Below are positions 29,289 through 40,107 of a DNA stretch of 64,000 nucleotides, piece after piece. The notes beneath the pieces were generated by a model, which worked only from the letters and a program-made list of their open reading frames with translations, was not told where the DNA came from and did no database searches. Positions within the stretch are counted from its first letter, which is position 1; every line of letters begins with the position of its first letter. The stretch comes from Candidatus Latescibacterota bacterium. Lineage in GTDB: Bacteria; Latescibacterota; UBA2968. Location of the stretch: positions 6,624,001 to 6,688,000 of the forward strand of contig OZ240241.1 of assembly GCA_965198115.1 (NCBI GenBank), written 5' to 3'. Both the position numbers and the translations under genes were made by a program.

Positions 29289-29341
29289 GCTACCATCGCC
29301 GATCTCGAATTGAAAGATTCAGTTTCGCTACTCTAACAACT

Positions 29342-29992
29342 TCAATCCTCCATAAGCTGGCCGCCGTCGAGTGTGAATCTTCGGACGGTGGCCGATTCGG
29401 GCGCGTAGTCGAGATGTGTGATGCAGACGATGGTCATTCCATCTCTGTTGAGGGATTCGAGTTTTTGTTCGACGACCTTCCGCGAGTCGGGATCCAACGC
29501 GGACGTGGGTTCGTCGCAGAGTAGGACACTGGGTTCGGACAGGAGGAGACGGATGAAGGCGAGTCGCTGTTTTTGCCCGACCGAGAGGTTCGCCGCGTCA
29601 TCCCCGAGGGCGACGTCGCTCAGCAGGAAATCCCCGATCATCCCTTCTAGGACTTCGTCCCCGGGGACGTTGTTTCCGGCCGCACGGAACCCGAATCCGA
29701 AGAGCAGGTTGTCGCGGACGGATGCGTCGAGCGTGACGGGTGTCTGTTGAAGGTAACCGACTTGTCTCCTGAGTCCGGTTACGGAGTGGGAGGCGATCGG
29801 GCGATGGTCGACGTGTATTTCACCAGACGTGGGCTCGCTCAATCGATTGAGCAGACGGAGGAAAGAGGTTTTGCCCGATCCGGAGGGGCCACGAACCAGA
29901 AGGAAGTCACCACTTCGCACGGACAGATTGACGCCGTCGAGAAGCTGCTTTCCGTCTAACGTGAGAGACAGATCGATGAGGTTGATGTTCAT
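29342..29992 (-). CDS. fetA: ABC transporter ATP-binding protein (YbbL-like)
   Basis: GPSGSGKT, LSVGQKQR, LLCDEPTSALD; upstream of fetB. Confidence 0.85.
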   Translation of the reverse strand: MNINLIDLSLTLDGKQLLDGVNLSVRSGDFLLVRGPSGSGKTSFLRLLNRLSEPTSGEIHVDHRPIASHSVTGLRRQVGYLQQTPVTLDASVRDNLLFGFGFRAAGNNVPGDEVLEGMIGDFLLSDVALGDDAANLSVGQKQRLAFIRLLLSEPSVLLCDEPTSALDPDSRKVVEQKLESLNRDGMTIVCITHLDYAPESATVRRFTLDGGQLMED

Positions 29993-30059
29993 TGGCAGTT
30001 GGGCGGGAAGACCAGTCTACCAAAAGGCGCGTATTCGAGGGGTTGTCCGAGAAATCAGC

Positions 30060-31271
30060 CTACTTGAGGGTGTAGATGGATCCGGACATCGATCCCTTTA
30101 CGTCATCTCCGTGCACGCCAATAACGAGACTCCCACGGGTGATGGCAACTGCCCGGCCAAGGAAGTCGAGATCGATGCCATCGGCGGCGATGAGTTTGTC
30201 GGCAGGATTCCAGCTGCTTCCGGCCTTTGTGAAGAGATAGGCCGCGCCAGCTTGCTTTCGATCGCCTCGTGCTCCGACCAGGATTCGACTGTCGGTTGCA
30301 GCGACGTCGAAGCCGAAGTATTTGTTCGCGAGAGCATCACCGGCTTCCAACGTCGTCTGGTGTTGCCAACCCTTCGAGGTTCGGCGATACACGAAGACGG
30401 CACCCGAGAAACGCCCTCTGCTCCAATATCCGTGGGATCCGATGACGGCGTGGCTTTCTGTAAGGGCGACGCTGTGACCGAACAGCTCGTGCCGTCCGCC
30501 ATCCGGTGCGAAGAGTTTCTGTTCGAGCTTCCATTCATCGCCGGCAAGACGAAAGACGTAGGCAGCCCCGGCTCTGATGCCATTCTGGTCATCCCCAAAG
30601 GCGCCCACGAGGAGTCTGTCTCCGTGTAAGCTGACGTCGAAGCCGAAGTAGTCCGCCTCCTTGCCATCGTGTGGCAGAAGCCGGCTGTGAAACCCCCACG
30701 TTTCGTTTCGCAGTTGGTAGATGTAGACGGCGCCCGCGTCGCGTCCCTGTTCCGAATCTCTGTGCGCGCCGATGGCCGCCCACGATGACTTTACGTCGAG
30801 GCTGCGGCCGTAAGCGTCGTCGCTGTCGGGGTGGGACGATCGATACCAGCGTGTCTGTGACCAGGCGTCGTCGATCCAACGATAGATGAAGACCCTTCCG
30901 CTCTGGCGCTCGACATCGATGTTTCCTCGGCTACCGACGAAGGCGTGATCGCCGTCGATGGCGACGGCGATGCCGAACTGATCGCTGGGGACCGCCGCCG
31001 GGAGCGGCGTGAGTTTGCCCTCTTCCGTCCAGGTCGTGCCCTGGCGGCGGAGGACATAGGCGCTCCCTACGTTTTCTCCCCGATCGTCATCGCCGTAGGC
31101 GCCGACGATGGCCCGGCCGTTGGACAGGTCGACGGTAGCCGAAATAGTCGTGGGCCTCACCGTCGGAGGGCGTCTGACGGCTGCTGGCTGCCATTTCGGT
31201 GACGCTGACGTCGCCGCATCCGTGAAGAAGGAGGATTGATGCGATCGAGACGCGGTGTGTGAATTGTCTTA
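30060..31271 (-). pseudogene. FG-GAP repeat (integrin-alpha-like propeller) putative lipoprotein; 5' end interrupted by IS630, frameshift near 31135
   Basis: Repeated FG.AVA..G..A.VGA..DD...GAAYVF; ILLLHGC lipobox-like. Confidence 0.8.
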
Positions 31272-32533
31272 GTACTCCTGTTCTCAAATACGGTGACGTA
31301 TTCTAAGCAGACTTTGCCAAGGGCGTATCGTAGAACCTGAGTTTGTCGATCATCTCCGCGAGATCTGTTCGTGTGAACTTCCATTTGAAGGGTGTGGCGA
31401 TACGTCCGTAGCGTTCCTGAAAACCGAGGATTCTTGCCTCAAGCTCTTCGAGCGATGCAAATTCGATAGGTGTCAGAGCCTTGCGTTTGAGGATCGAGAA
31501 GTAGATCTCGATCTGATTGAGCCAGCTTGCGTGGATCGGAAGGTGAACGGGGTGGATGTTTGGCCACTTCCCCTGGATACGGTCGATGCATGTTTGCCCT
31601 CGGTGCGAGGAGCCATTATCCACGATGAGGTAGACTTTCTTTGCCGAGCAATAGGGTTTCCGGCTCATGATCAGGCTCAGGAGCCGGTTGAAGGGCTCGA
31701 TACCCGAAGAAGACTCACAGAGACCGAAGATTCGACCATTGTGCACGTCGAGAGCAGCCAGATAGGCCAGGGCTCCTTTCCGCTCGTATTCGTGTTTCAA
31801 CGCGTGCCGCTCTGTTCGAGGCTGGCGGTAGGGTAACGTGCTTGCGAGCTCGTGCTTGAATACTGGTCTTTTCGTCGGCAGAAAGTACATATTCCCTCGG
31901 CCCTAAAGGCTTTCCTTGCCATTGGCGGTGATACAGATCAAGGACTCTACCTGCTTTGGTTTGGAAGTCCGGGTCCCGTGGGAAAATCCAGGAGCGATGA
32001 TACCAAGGACGAATCGCGTCCTCGTTCAACCAGCGCCAGACAGTGGCGCCGCTGATCTTGGCAACGAAGCCCCTTTGCACTGCCTCGGCGGCAATCTCGG
32101 AACAGCTGAACCGCGAGAGCGGTATCCCGCTCTCGCTCGGTAGTTCACACGCCAGCGCCTTGATCTGAACGACCACCTGAGGGGGGAAAACCGGGCGGGC
32201 GCCCGGGACGAGATCTATCTTCGAGTCCCGAAAGACGCTCTTCGAAAAAGCGCTTACGCCATTTGCTTACGATCGGACGCGGGACATCCAACCGTTGGGC
32301 GATAATCTTGTTGGATAATCCCTCGGCGGCGAGAAGCACGATTTTCGATCGGATCACTTGATAATACGGTAACGTATATTGTCCAGCCATTCGCTCGAGG
32401 TCGACCTGTTCCTTCTCAGACAGTAGCACCACATAAGGCGAACGTCTTGGCATTGTTCTCCTCCTTTTGAAGGAGAACATAAGCTACAAATAATGTTCAG
32501 GACATACGTAATAATATTTATGAAACCATGTAC
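31272..32533 (-). mobile_element. IS630-family insertion sequence
   Basis: About 29-bp imperfect IRs (GTAC..AAATA..ACGTA), TTA on both flanks (31269-71, 32534-36). Confidence 0.88.
31303..32453 (-). CDS. IS630 transposase in three frames (putative programmed -1 frameshift plus one extra indel)
   Basis: HTH ORF 32145-32453; TTTTCCCCCC slippery site at 32181-90; ADEKTSIQAR; extra A at 31795-97; DNGSSH, WLNQIEIYF. Confidence 0.85.
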
Positions 32534-32641
32534 TTAGTGTTCCGATGAGCGGGTCCTTTGGCCTCTTTCGGTCGATCGTCAGCGGCGGGGGCCCCGGACG
32601 GAGAGGGTTCCATATTCTATGATGATTCTGTGCTACGGGGA

Positions 32642-34230
32642 ATGAGAACGATGATCCGTCGACTTGCATCGATGCTGATCGTGTTGATTCTGGCGGCCGA
32701 GTCTTCGCCCGCGGCCGATGAGTTGGTTGTGGTTCGGGCCTACGCCGACGCGCTGATTACGCACGCGAAGGATACCTACGGCCGTCAGACTTCGCCCTTG
32801 TTCGCGACCACGCTGGATCGAGAGACGATGCAGATGATCGAGCCTGAGCGTGCTCCTCCCGTCTACGGGCTGACCGAACGCGAACGGGTCGTCGCGGGTG
32901 CCAATCCGATGCACGACCAGAACCTGTATCAGATCCTGTATGCACTGACCACGTTGACCGGTGAGTCCCGTTACGCGAAGGAAGCGGATGCCTCCCTTCG
33001 GTGGTTCTTCTCGAACTGCCCGAGCCGCGAGACCTGGTTGTTGCCGTGGGGTGAGCATATGGGCTGGGACTTGAAGGCGGAGCGGCGCATCTGGAAGCTG
33101 GGTGGCACGCTTCACGCGTTCTCGCGGCCGTGGGTCCTGTGGCCGACGATCTATATGCTCGAGCCAGGTGCGTCGCTCAAGTTCTCGAAGGGTCTTTGGG
33201 AGCATCAGATCGGGAACCAGGATACGGGAAATTTCGCGCGCCGGGCCTACTACGACACACACGGTCCGGGTGTCAATCGAGACGATCCACGACACGCGGG
33301 GTTTTACATCGCGACGTGGGGACACGCCCTTCGTGAACTGCGGGACGATCGGTATCTGTCCGATCTGTCGCTGGGTACGTGGTCGCTCGCGCTCGAGAAC
33401 AGGCGGAATGAATGGCTCGAGAGGTCGATCCGGAAGCTCGTCACGTATATGGCCGGTCGGCGAAGTGGCGAGTCCGGTGCGATTGCAGAAGATTCGGGGA
33501 CACCGACCACGGCAGAGTGGTGGCACGGCCGGTTGGTTCGACCGGTGGGCACCCTTTCGTTGGCGGTCGACCTGTGGGATGCGTCGGACACGGTTTCCGA
33601 TGAGGTTGCGGAAGAGATGCGTAGCCTCGCGACGCATATCGACACGACATTTCTGGCGTTGCCCCACGATCCAGATGGAAAAGGGTTCGTCACGGGGGTC
33701 GATAAGTATAAGCTGGCGCCCTTCGGTCCAGAGGGAACCCTCGTGTCGACCGACTGGTTCGCCGAGGGTGAGCGACGGACGCACGCCGAGGTCGCCAACC
33801 TCTGTGCGATGCGTTTCGGGCAGACGAAAGAGCGCCGATTCCGGTCGCTCGTGATGCGGACCGCCAGACTCTATATGACGCTCGAGCCGGATCTCGAGAA
33901 TCCGGGGGATCCAGGGCTCTTACGATACATCGAAAAAGTGGTCGGTGGGGAGACCCCCTTGTACCCCGTCGCGATCGGGCAGGCGATCAAGCTGATGATC
34001 AACGCCTATGCATTGAGTGAGGACCGTCGATACCTGGCTCGAGCCGAGCATTTTGGAAAGTTGCGATCGAAACGTTCATCGGGGACGCAGAGCTGCCGCG
34101 AGCGACGCACCGAAACGATCATTACGAAGCCGTGACGGGGGGAGATGCGATGATGATGGCGCTGCTCGAGCTGTGGGCGGTGAAGAATGGGAGGGGGGAT
34201 GACGTGAGGTTGGTTTGGTGTGATCGATGA
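32642..34230 (+). CDS. Secreted helical-barrel hypothetical protein, possibly carbohydrate-active (frameshift near 34058)
   Basis: Signal peptide; DTYG..SPLF, ANPMHDQNLYQ, LLPWGEH; C-terminus ..HYEAVTGGDAMMMALL..DR* in a shifted frame. Confidence 0.7.
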
Positions 34231-34439
34231 GCGACTGTTCCTCCTCCGCTGATGGTGGAGCTTCTGGGACTGTGGGCGGTTGACGGTGGACCCCTCGCTC
34301 CGCCTCGGGGCAAGGCTCGAACGACGGCTTCGCCCCAATGACAGAGAGACGGCGGCACCGCTGGTTACAAATCAATCCCCGCCTCTGAGTTGGAAAGAGT
34401 TTAAATAATTGATATTTGTTGATTTATGGTTTTAGACTG

Positions 34440-34464
34440 AAAAGTGGCCTCGGGGCCACTTTTT
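34440..34464. terminator. Bidirectional terminator between convergent genes
   Basis: AAAAGTGGCC-TCGG-GGCCACTTTT. Confidence 0.7.
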
Positions 34465-34489
34465 CGACCCTGCAACGATCGTCTCTCGG

Positions 34490-35857
34490 TCAAAGCGATC
34501 GGATGGCGTCGACGGCATCGATGAGGCTGAGACCGGTGTGGTAGCCGGGGTCGGCGTCGGATGTGGCGGGAATGACGGCCACCGGCTGCCCGTCGGCATC
34601 CCGAGTCTGGTAGGCCATCAGATGAAGATCAGGTCGCGTGAATTCGCTGAAGGCGTTGTGACAGTCACGAATGATGGTGAGACACGACGACTTCTCCGTT
34701 TTGTCGAGAGATGACGCGAGACAGAGGGCGGTGGAGCGAATGGTTTCAGGCAGATTCCACCAGGGCATTTCGGTATTCAGGTGCCGGCGCGAAGCCAGGT
34801 CGAACGCTTTGGATATCCCCTTAGGGCCCTCGATGTAGCCGTTGTCGAAATTGCGTTTGAGGATCGTGAACATCCGGTTTTTCGCGGATGACAGTCGTTC
34901 GCGTCGATCGGGTGAGATACCGGTTTCGGCCTCGACCTTTCGAATGAATTTCATCGCGAGTCCGACAAACTCAAGCGAGTGACCCGGATCGGAAAGAATG
35001 ACGCCGTCGGGCTCGACATAGGGTCGTCTGGCGTCATCGACGGCTTCCCAGAAGTCGCCTTCCTGCAGGTGGTCCCAACGCCCATCGAGATTCGCGTGCG
35101 TTGCGAGTTCATATTCGATGTGACGCAGTCCCCGCTCGATCGCGATGGGATGGTGTTCGGCCGCGAGCAAACTCCACGCTCCGATCTGGATCATCGTGGG
35201 GCCGTGAGGATGGTAGCCCGATCGGGGTTCCGTGCGGTTCTTGGGATCGAGAGATATCTGGTCGGAGCGAAATGTCCGGTTACAGATGGCGTCATCGACA
35301 GCCACGATGTAGGCGGTCGCCTCATCTCGGCCCGACTGATCGTCGAGAAGGTCGGCGGCAGCGAACATTCCCTTGGCAGAGAACAGGTCGCTGAAGCCGA
35401 TGGTGTCGACTTCGAGCGGAGTGGGAAGCCCGTGCGCATCGAGCTCGAAAGGTGCTCCATCGGGGGACATAAAGAAGCTGAGGTGGCCCCCGTTTCGGTC
35501 GCGCATCCGCCGGAGTTGGTCGAGTATTTCTCGCAGGGCGGTGCGGATTCGTCGGACGAGTGCGTCGTGACCGCCCCGTCGGGTCAGCCATCGTGCGTGA
35601 CCCGCCAACGCCTCCAGTCCACGACCCTGGATCCATCCGTAGATGGCGTTCTGTCCGCGGATGGGATCTTCCGGAGGAAAGTCCTCCCCTGTGATGAGAT
35701 CGAGCTTCGTGTCGATGAAGGGGTAGTCCGGTGCGCGGTCGTAACGGTCCACGATCGCGGTCATCATCGAAAGCGCGATGGCCTCGTAGTCGTCGGCCGC
35801 TGATTGGAGGTCTGCGGGCGAGGAATTCCGTGGGAGCTGGACGTTGCGGTAAACCAT
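34490..35857 (-). CDS. AGE/N-acylglucosamine 2-epimerase-like (alpha/alpha)6 protein
   Basis: YGWIQGR, FSDLF, DPGHSLE, PWW.LPE, DPGYH motifs parallel the AGE family. Confidence 0.65.
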   Translation of the reverse strand: MVYRNVQLPRNSSPADLQSAADDYEAIALSMMTAIVDRYDRAPDYPFIDTKLDLITGEDFPPEDPIRGQNAIYGWIQGRGLEALAGHARWLTRRGGHDALVRRIRTALREILDQLRRMRDRNGGHLSFFMSPDGAPFELDAHGLPTPLEVDTIGFSDLFSAKGMFAAADLLDDQSGRDEATAYIVAVDDAICNRTFRSDQISLDPKNRTEPRSGYHPHGPTMIQIGAWSLLAAEHHPIAIERGLRHIEYELATHANLDGRWDHLQEGDFWEAVDDARRPYVEPDGVILSDPGHSLEFVGLAMKFIRKVEAETGISPDRRERLSSAKNRMFTILKRNFDNGYIEGPKGISKAFDLASRRHLNTEMPWWNLPETIRSTALCLASSLDKTEKSSCLTIIRDCHNAFSEFTRPDLHLMAYQTRDADGQPVAVIPATSDADPGYHTGLSLIDAVDAIRSL

Positions 35858-35887
35858 AGTTGTCAGTTGCCAGTCATCAGTCGTCAG
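35857..35887 (+). repeat. CAGTNNN heptamer array
   Basis: TAGTTGT CAGTTGC CAGTCAT CAGTCGT CAG. Confidence 0.7.
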
Positions 35888-35980
35888 GGTAAAACACGCT
35901 GGTGCTGATCGAGAAAAATGATCGACAGGATGTGCAGTCACGGTGCGCGAGCGGGCGACCGTGAGACCGCATCTTCTCCT

Positions 35981-38059
35981 TTATTGGAGATAACGGGTTT
36001 GTAATTCTCCGATGCCTGCTTCGTCGCCGATGAAGGTCAGGCTGTCCCCCGTGCGAATGACCGTTCTGCCGTCGGGGACGTATACCTGGTTGCCCCGGCG
36101 AATCATTGCGACGAGACAGCCTTCCGGCAGGGGCAGGTCACGCAGGGGACGGTCGACGAGTTCAGACGTTCGCACGTCGCGACCAGCGATGATGGAGGTG
36201 AACCGATCGCTGTGCAGGAGTGCTTCCTTGAGTTCCTGTTCATTCGTCGCTGCCTGCCACTCGCCATCGAACCCTTCTTCGTCGACGCGCTCCGCGATCT
36301 GCGCGAGGATACGCAGGTGCTGACTGGGGTCGGCGTCGGGACTGAAGAGAAAGAAGATGGCCTTCAGCTCGGCGTTCGTTTCCTCGTTCGAGAAGGGATG
36401 GGTGAACTGGATATGGACGCCAACCCTCGAGCGCACGAGCACCATCTCGGGGTGTTCCAGATTGCCGATCCAGAGATGCGGCAATCCGACACCGTGAGTG
36501 ACAGGCGTGGCGCCGATGTGCGTCCGGTCGAGGAGCTGCTGTTCAATGTCGCGAGCGTCGATGTTCGTTTGTTCGCCCATCCATTCAGCGGCGCGGGTTA
36601 CGATCTCCTCGAATTCACCGTGGCCCTCGACGTCGATGACGAGACTGCGAGCGACGATTTCTTCGAAGCGATCCTGGGCGCGAAGACCCTTTTCGCGGAG
36701 GATGCCGCGCAACTCGTGATCGAGCTCTTCGTAGCGGGATCGCCCGAGTCGCTCGAAGACGTGAAAAATGGCTCCCGTTCGGAGCACGCGTTTCCGGCCG
36801 TAGTAGACGAACCAGAGGATGCCGACGAGGGCAAGACCCACCGTGAAGCTGAGCGACCAAACACCCATTTCGAAGATAAGGATACCAGCGCTAACGATCC
36901 CGAAGATGTGCAGCCAGGGGTAGAGAGGAGAGCGATAACCCGGGTCGTAGGACGCCAGCTTGGCTTCGCGCATCACGATGACGGCGAGGCAGACGAGTGC
37001 GAACATAAAGAGCTGAAAGGAGCTGGCGAGTTTCGCGATTTTCGTCGGGTCGAAGAGGAGAATGATGGCGACGATGGCCCCAACGCTCGTGGCAATCGCG
37101 TAGACCGGCGTGCCCAGACGCCCGATGTGGCGGAAGAAGCGAGGCGTGAGATGATCGCGGCTCATTGCGAGGGGATAGCGAGAGGCGCTGAGCGTGCCTG
37201 CATTGGCGACGGATGTGAAGGCGAGGAGTGCCGCGATCGAAAGAAGCAGGGCGCCGACCTGGCCGAATCTCACGTGGGCGGCGGTTGCAACAGGCGTGAG
37301 GTCGCCTGCGAGGCGACCAGATGGAATGAGACCGACCATCGTGGTCGTCCCGAGGCCATAGATCAAAATCGCCGTGCCCAACGCAAGGAAAACACCGATT
37401 GGCAGATTGCGTTCGGGATTCTGGACTTCCTCAGAAAGACTGGCCACGTTGGTCACGCCGACGTAGCTGATGTAGACGAGACCCGCCGTCGCGAATAGCG
37501 ATGACGTTCCGACGTCGAAGATGCCGCGGAAGTTGGCCAGGTCGATCTCGGGCAACCCGCCCCCTATGAATACGGCAAGGAGGGCGAGAAGACCGAAGAC
37601 GAGGAAGATCTGAAACGAACCGCTCTTTCTCGCCCCGAGGGCGTTCAGGATTCCGAGCAGGATCGCAAGCGCCGCGGCGATGGGTCTGATCTCCAACTCG
37701 GGAAAGAAGAGCTTGAGGTAGGCGCCCATCCCTACCAGTGCGAATGCGACCTTCAACACCAGCGCAAGCCAGGTGCCAAAGCCGCCGATCGTGCCCGCCA
37801 GCGGACCGAGGGTCCTGTCGAGAAAGTAGTAAACTCCGCCTGCGCGTGGCATTGCCGTGGCAAGCTCGACGATGCTGAGCATCGCGGGAATCAGGGGGAC
37901 AGCTGCGATGAGGTAGGCGAACACGATCGCCGACCCGACTTCGGCCGCGGCAAGCCCCGGCAACAGGAAGAAGCCGGAACTGAGCGTTGCACCCGTGGCG
38001 ATTGCGTAAACGTCAAAGAGTCGGAGTTCTTTGGTGAGACGTGGTTTCGGTTCAGTCAT
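35981..38059 (-). CDS. APC amino acid permease fused to PTS EIIA-like and TrkA-C (RCK_C) domains
   Basis: GATLSSGFFLLPG, MPRAGG, EEVQNPERN; ATPVTHGVGLPH..HLRILAQIA; VAMIRRG..VPDGRTVIRTGD. Confidence 0.88.
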   Translation of the reverse strand: MTEPKPRLTKELRLFDVYAIATGATLSSGFFLLPGLAAAEVGSAIVFAYLIAAVPLIPAMLSIVELATAMPRAGGVYYFLDRTLGPLAGTIGGFGTWLALVLKVAFALVGMGAYLKLFFPELEIRPIAAALAILLGILNALGARKSGSFQIFLVFGLLALLAVFIGGGLPEIDLANFRGIFDVGTSSLFATAGLVYISYVGVTNVASLSEEVQNPERNLPIGVFLALGTAILIYGLGTTTMVGLIPSGRLAGDLTPVATAAHVRFGQVGALLLSIAALLAFTSVANAGTLSASRYPLAMSRDHLTPRFFRHIGRLGTPVYAIATSVGAIVAIILLFDPTKIAKLASSFQLFMFALVCLAVIVMREAKLASYDPGYRSPLYPWLHIFGIVSAGILIFEMGVWSLSFTVGLALVGILWFVYYGRKRVLRTGAIFHVFERLGRSRYEELDHELRGILREKGLRAQDRFEEIVARSLVIDVEGHGEFEEIVTRAAEWMGEQTNIDARDIEQQLLDRTHIGATPVTHGVGLPHLWIGNLEHPEMVLVRSRVGVHIQFTHPFSNEETNAELKAIFFLFSPDADPSQHLRILAQIAERVDEEGFDGEWQAATNEQELKEALLHSDRFTSIIAGRDVRTSELVDRPLRDLPLPEGCLVAMIRRGNQVYVPDGRTVIRTGDSLTFIGDEAGIGELQTRYLQ

Positions 38060-38194
38060 TGTGAAGAGGATGGGGCAATGAGTTCAGTTGTTCAGTGTTC
38101 GGTGTTCAGAAGAGCTTGGCAATGTCCGGTTGCGCCTGTGGCGAGATGAGCAACCCACGAAGCGCGTGTTGATCGTCTAGAAGGAGATAGCTGG

Positions 38195-39436
38195 TCAGGT
38201 GACGAGTTCGATCTTGACAGACCGTTGATCAGGGGAGAAGGCGAGGAAGGTGGTGTCGCCCTCTCGGTAGAAGGTGTCGTCTTCGAAGGCTGCACGGCTT
38301 TGGGCTTGAAGGAGTGGTTTACCGTTGATTTCGATGTCGCGAAACCTGATGTCGTGCAAGCGAAGGGTCAACTCGGGGACCTGAACAGGAAGGTCCAGGC
38401 TGATGGTTCCGTTGCTGACGGTGAGATCCGCCATTTCGCGGGCGATGGCGTAGGTCGTGATCTCGCTACACTTGCGCCAGCGCGTTCGTTCGCCGTGTGG
38501 GTCACGTTCCTTCAATCGCCGGACCACGGTCTTAAAAGCTCTGAACCCCCGTCTGTCCTCGTCGTGTAAGCCGTAGAAGCCCTGCCAATGGCTGATGAGT
38601 ACAGCCGGGTCGTCTAGGTCGATGACGGCAGGGAGTCTTCCGCCCTGCAGGTCGGCCGTGATGTATTTGTCGGGGTTGACCTCACCGTAACCTGTCCAGG
38701 AGCCAGTCCAGTCGCCCGTGCAGGCGATCACCTCGCCCATCGCGGTGCCGGCTTCCCGATCCGGATACCATACAGGGGTCTCGACCGGTTCGTCCGAGGA
38801 GACGCGTTTGAAGAAGTAGGGCGTGGGGTTGCCCGTCACCGAGCGAACCGCCTGTTCCGCGCACTTCGCGTAGAAGTCGAGTGGGTTTCCGAACCCCCCT
38901 GGCGAGGTCACGCCGTCGGGCGAGAGGCCGACGTTGTCGAGAATACGGCAGGCGGTGGCGATGTAGTTGGTGACGAGCTCTTCCTGGTCGGTGGGCAGCT
39001 GGTTCCAGTTGTACTGTTCCCAGAGGTTGACGTCTATCGGCTGGAAGGTTTCGAGGTCGACGACGTAGGTGTGTGTGATCATTTCGGGTGTGATGTCATA
39101 ATTCGGGACGATCATTTCCCGACACATCTTGAGCCAGCTCTCCTGCTGGGCCTTGCTGAAGAGGGGTAAGCCCTCGTCGATCCTGCCGAGCGCGGCGGGG
39201 CACGGGACGACGCTGTATTTTCCTTTGACGCCTTCCGCCAGACAGAACTCGGCGAACTCGCGTGTGAATGACTCCGGGTGCACCATCGGAACGTCTTCCC
39301 ATCGGCGGTTCTGGCCGTCGACGAGGTTGCGGTCTCGCATAAAGAAGTAATTCAGGTTCACGAGCAGTGTCGAGTCGTCGAAGATGATCGACAGAGGGAC
39401 CCGATCGAGTGCGTGTCTGGCGATTTTTACTTTCAC
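38195..39436 (-). CDS. Conserved hypothetical protein (polysaccharide-deacetylase-like barrel possible)
   Basis: 413-aa ORF; SIIFDDS, GVKGKYSVVP, PEMITHT, GVTSPGGFG, ISHW. Confidence 0.7.
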   Translation of the reverse strand: MKVKIARHALDRVPLSIIFDDSTLLVNLNYFFMRDRNLVDGQNRRWEDVPMVHPESFTREFAEFCLAEGVKGKYSVVPCPAALGRIDEGLPLFSKAQQESWLKMCREMIVPNYDITPEMITHTYVVDLETFQPIDVNLWEQYNWNQLPTDQEELVTNYIATACRILDNVGLSPDGVTSPGGFGNPLDFYAKCAEQAVRSVTGNPTPYFFKRVSSDEPVETPVWYPDREAGTAMGEVIACTGDWTGSWTGYGEVNPDKYITADLQGGRLPAVIDLDDPAVLISHWQGFYGLHDEDRRGFRAFKTVVRRLKERDPHGERTRWRKCSEITTYAIAREMADLTVSNGTISLDLPVQVPELTLRLHDIRFRDIEINGKPLLQAQSRAAFEDDTFYREGDTTFLAFSPDQRSVKIELVT

Positions 39437-39593
39437 AGGGCGACCTTGGGACAGGAAGTCGGTGAAGCAAGTTCAGGATGGACAACAAGATACGGGAATG
39501 AGCTGATCCCTGCCAGACCTCGGGGCGTTGACTCGAGGTCTGGTTGGATGTACTTTGAGAGGCCCCTCGAATCCGCAAGTGGAAGGATTGTCA

Positions 39594-39965
39594 TTGGCGA
39601 AGATTTTGATCATAGACGACGATGAACTGATGCGTGGATTCCTGCGCGAGCTTTTCTGCCGAGAAGGGTTCGAGGTCGTAGAGGCCGCGGACGGATTGGC
39701 GGGCATTCAGTCGTTTATCGATGATTCATCGGTCGATGCCGTGATTACGGACCTGTACATGCCCGAGGCAGACGGCATCGAAGTGCTGCGCGCCATTCGC
39801 AAGGAGAGTCAGGACGTCAAAATCGTGGCGATTTCGGGTGGAACGACCGGTGGTGGAAGGACGGATATTCTGCAGGTGATGCAGGACCTGGGGGTGGACA
39901 AGACTTTACAAAAGCCGTTCAAGCCGGAGGAGATGGTCACAGTTGTGAAGGAATTGCTCACGTAG
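39594..39965 (+). CDS. Single-domain response regulator
   Basis: ILIIDDD, ITDLYMPEADG, AISG, LQKPF. Confidence 0.9.
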   Translation: MAKILIIDDDELMRGFLRELFCREGFEVVEAADGLAGIQSFIDDSSVDAVITDLYMPEADGIEVLRAIRKESQDVKIVAISGGTTGGGRTDILQVMQDLGVDKTLQKPFKPEEMVTVVKELLT

Positions 39966-39990
39966 TTGCCGTAGATGACGATTCCCTGTC

Positions 39991-40019
39991 AGGCTCCACC
40001 GGAACGGTGGGGCCTTTTC
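39991..40019 (+). terminator. Intrinsic terminator
   Basis: AGGCTCCACCG-GAA-CGGTGGGGCCT-TTT. Confidence 0.75.
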
Positions 40020-40030
40020 GTTATTGAAAA

Positions 40031-40107
40031 ACACAGAAGCAACCACTGAGAACACGGAGAACACGGAGGGTTCCGGGCACCAGGACACCGGCGGCCCTAT
40101 TCGGGGA
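40031..40107 (+). repeat. 9-mer array + spacer + GGCCCTATTCGGGGA
   Basis: CCACTGAGA ACACGGAGA ACACGGAGG (40043-69); motif at 40093-107. Confidence 0.8.

Noticed and set aside
34231-34290. Degenerate duplicate of the upstream gene's 3' end, and a 14-nt match (GTGGGCGGTTGACG) to 25171
   Set aside because: Too short to separate from chance without statistics
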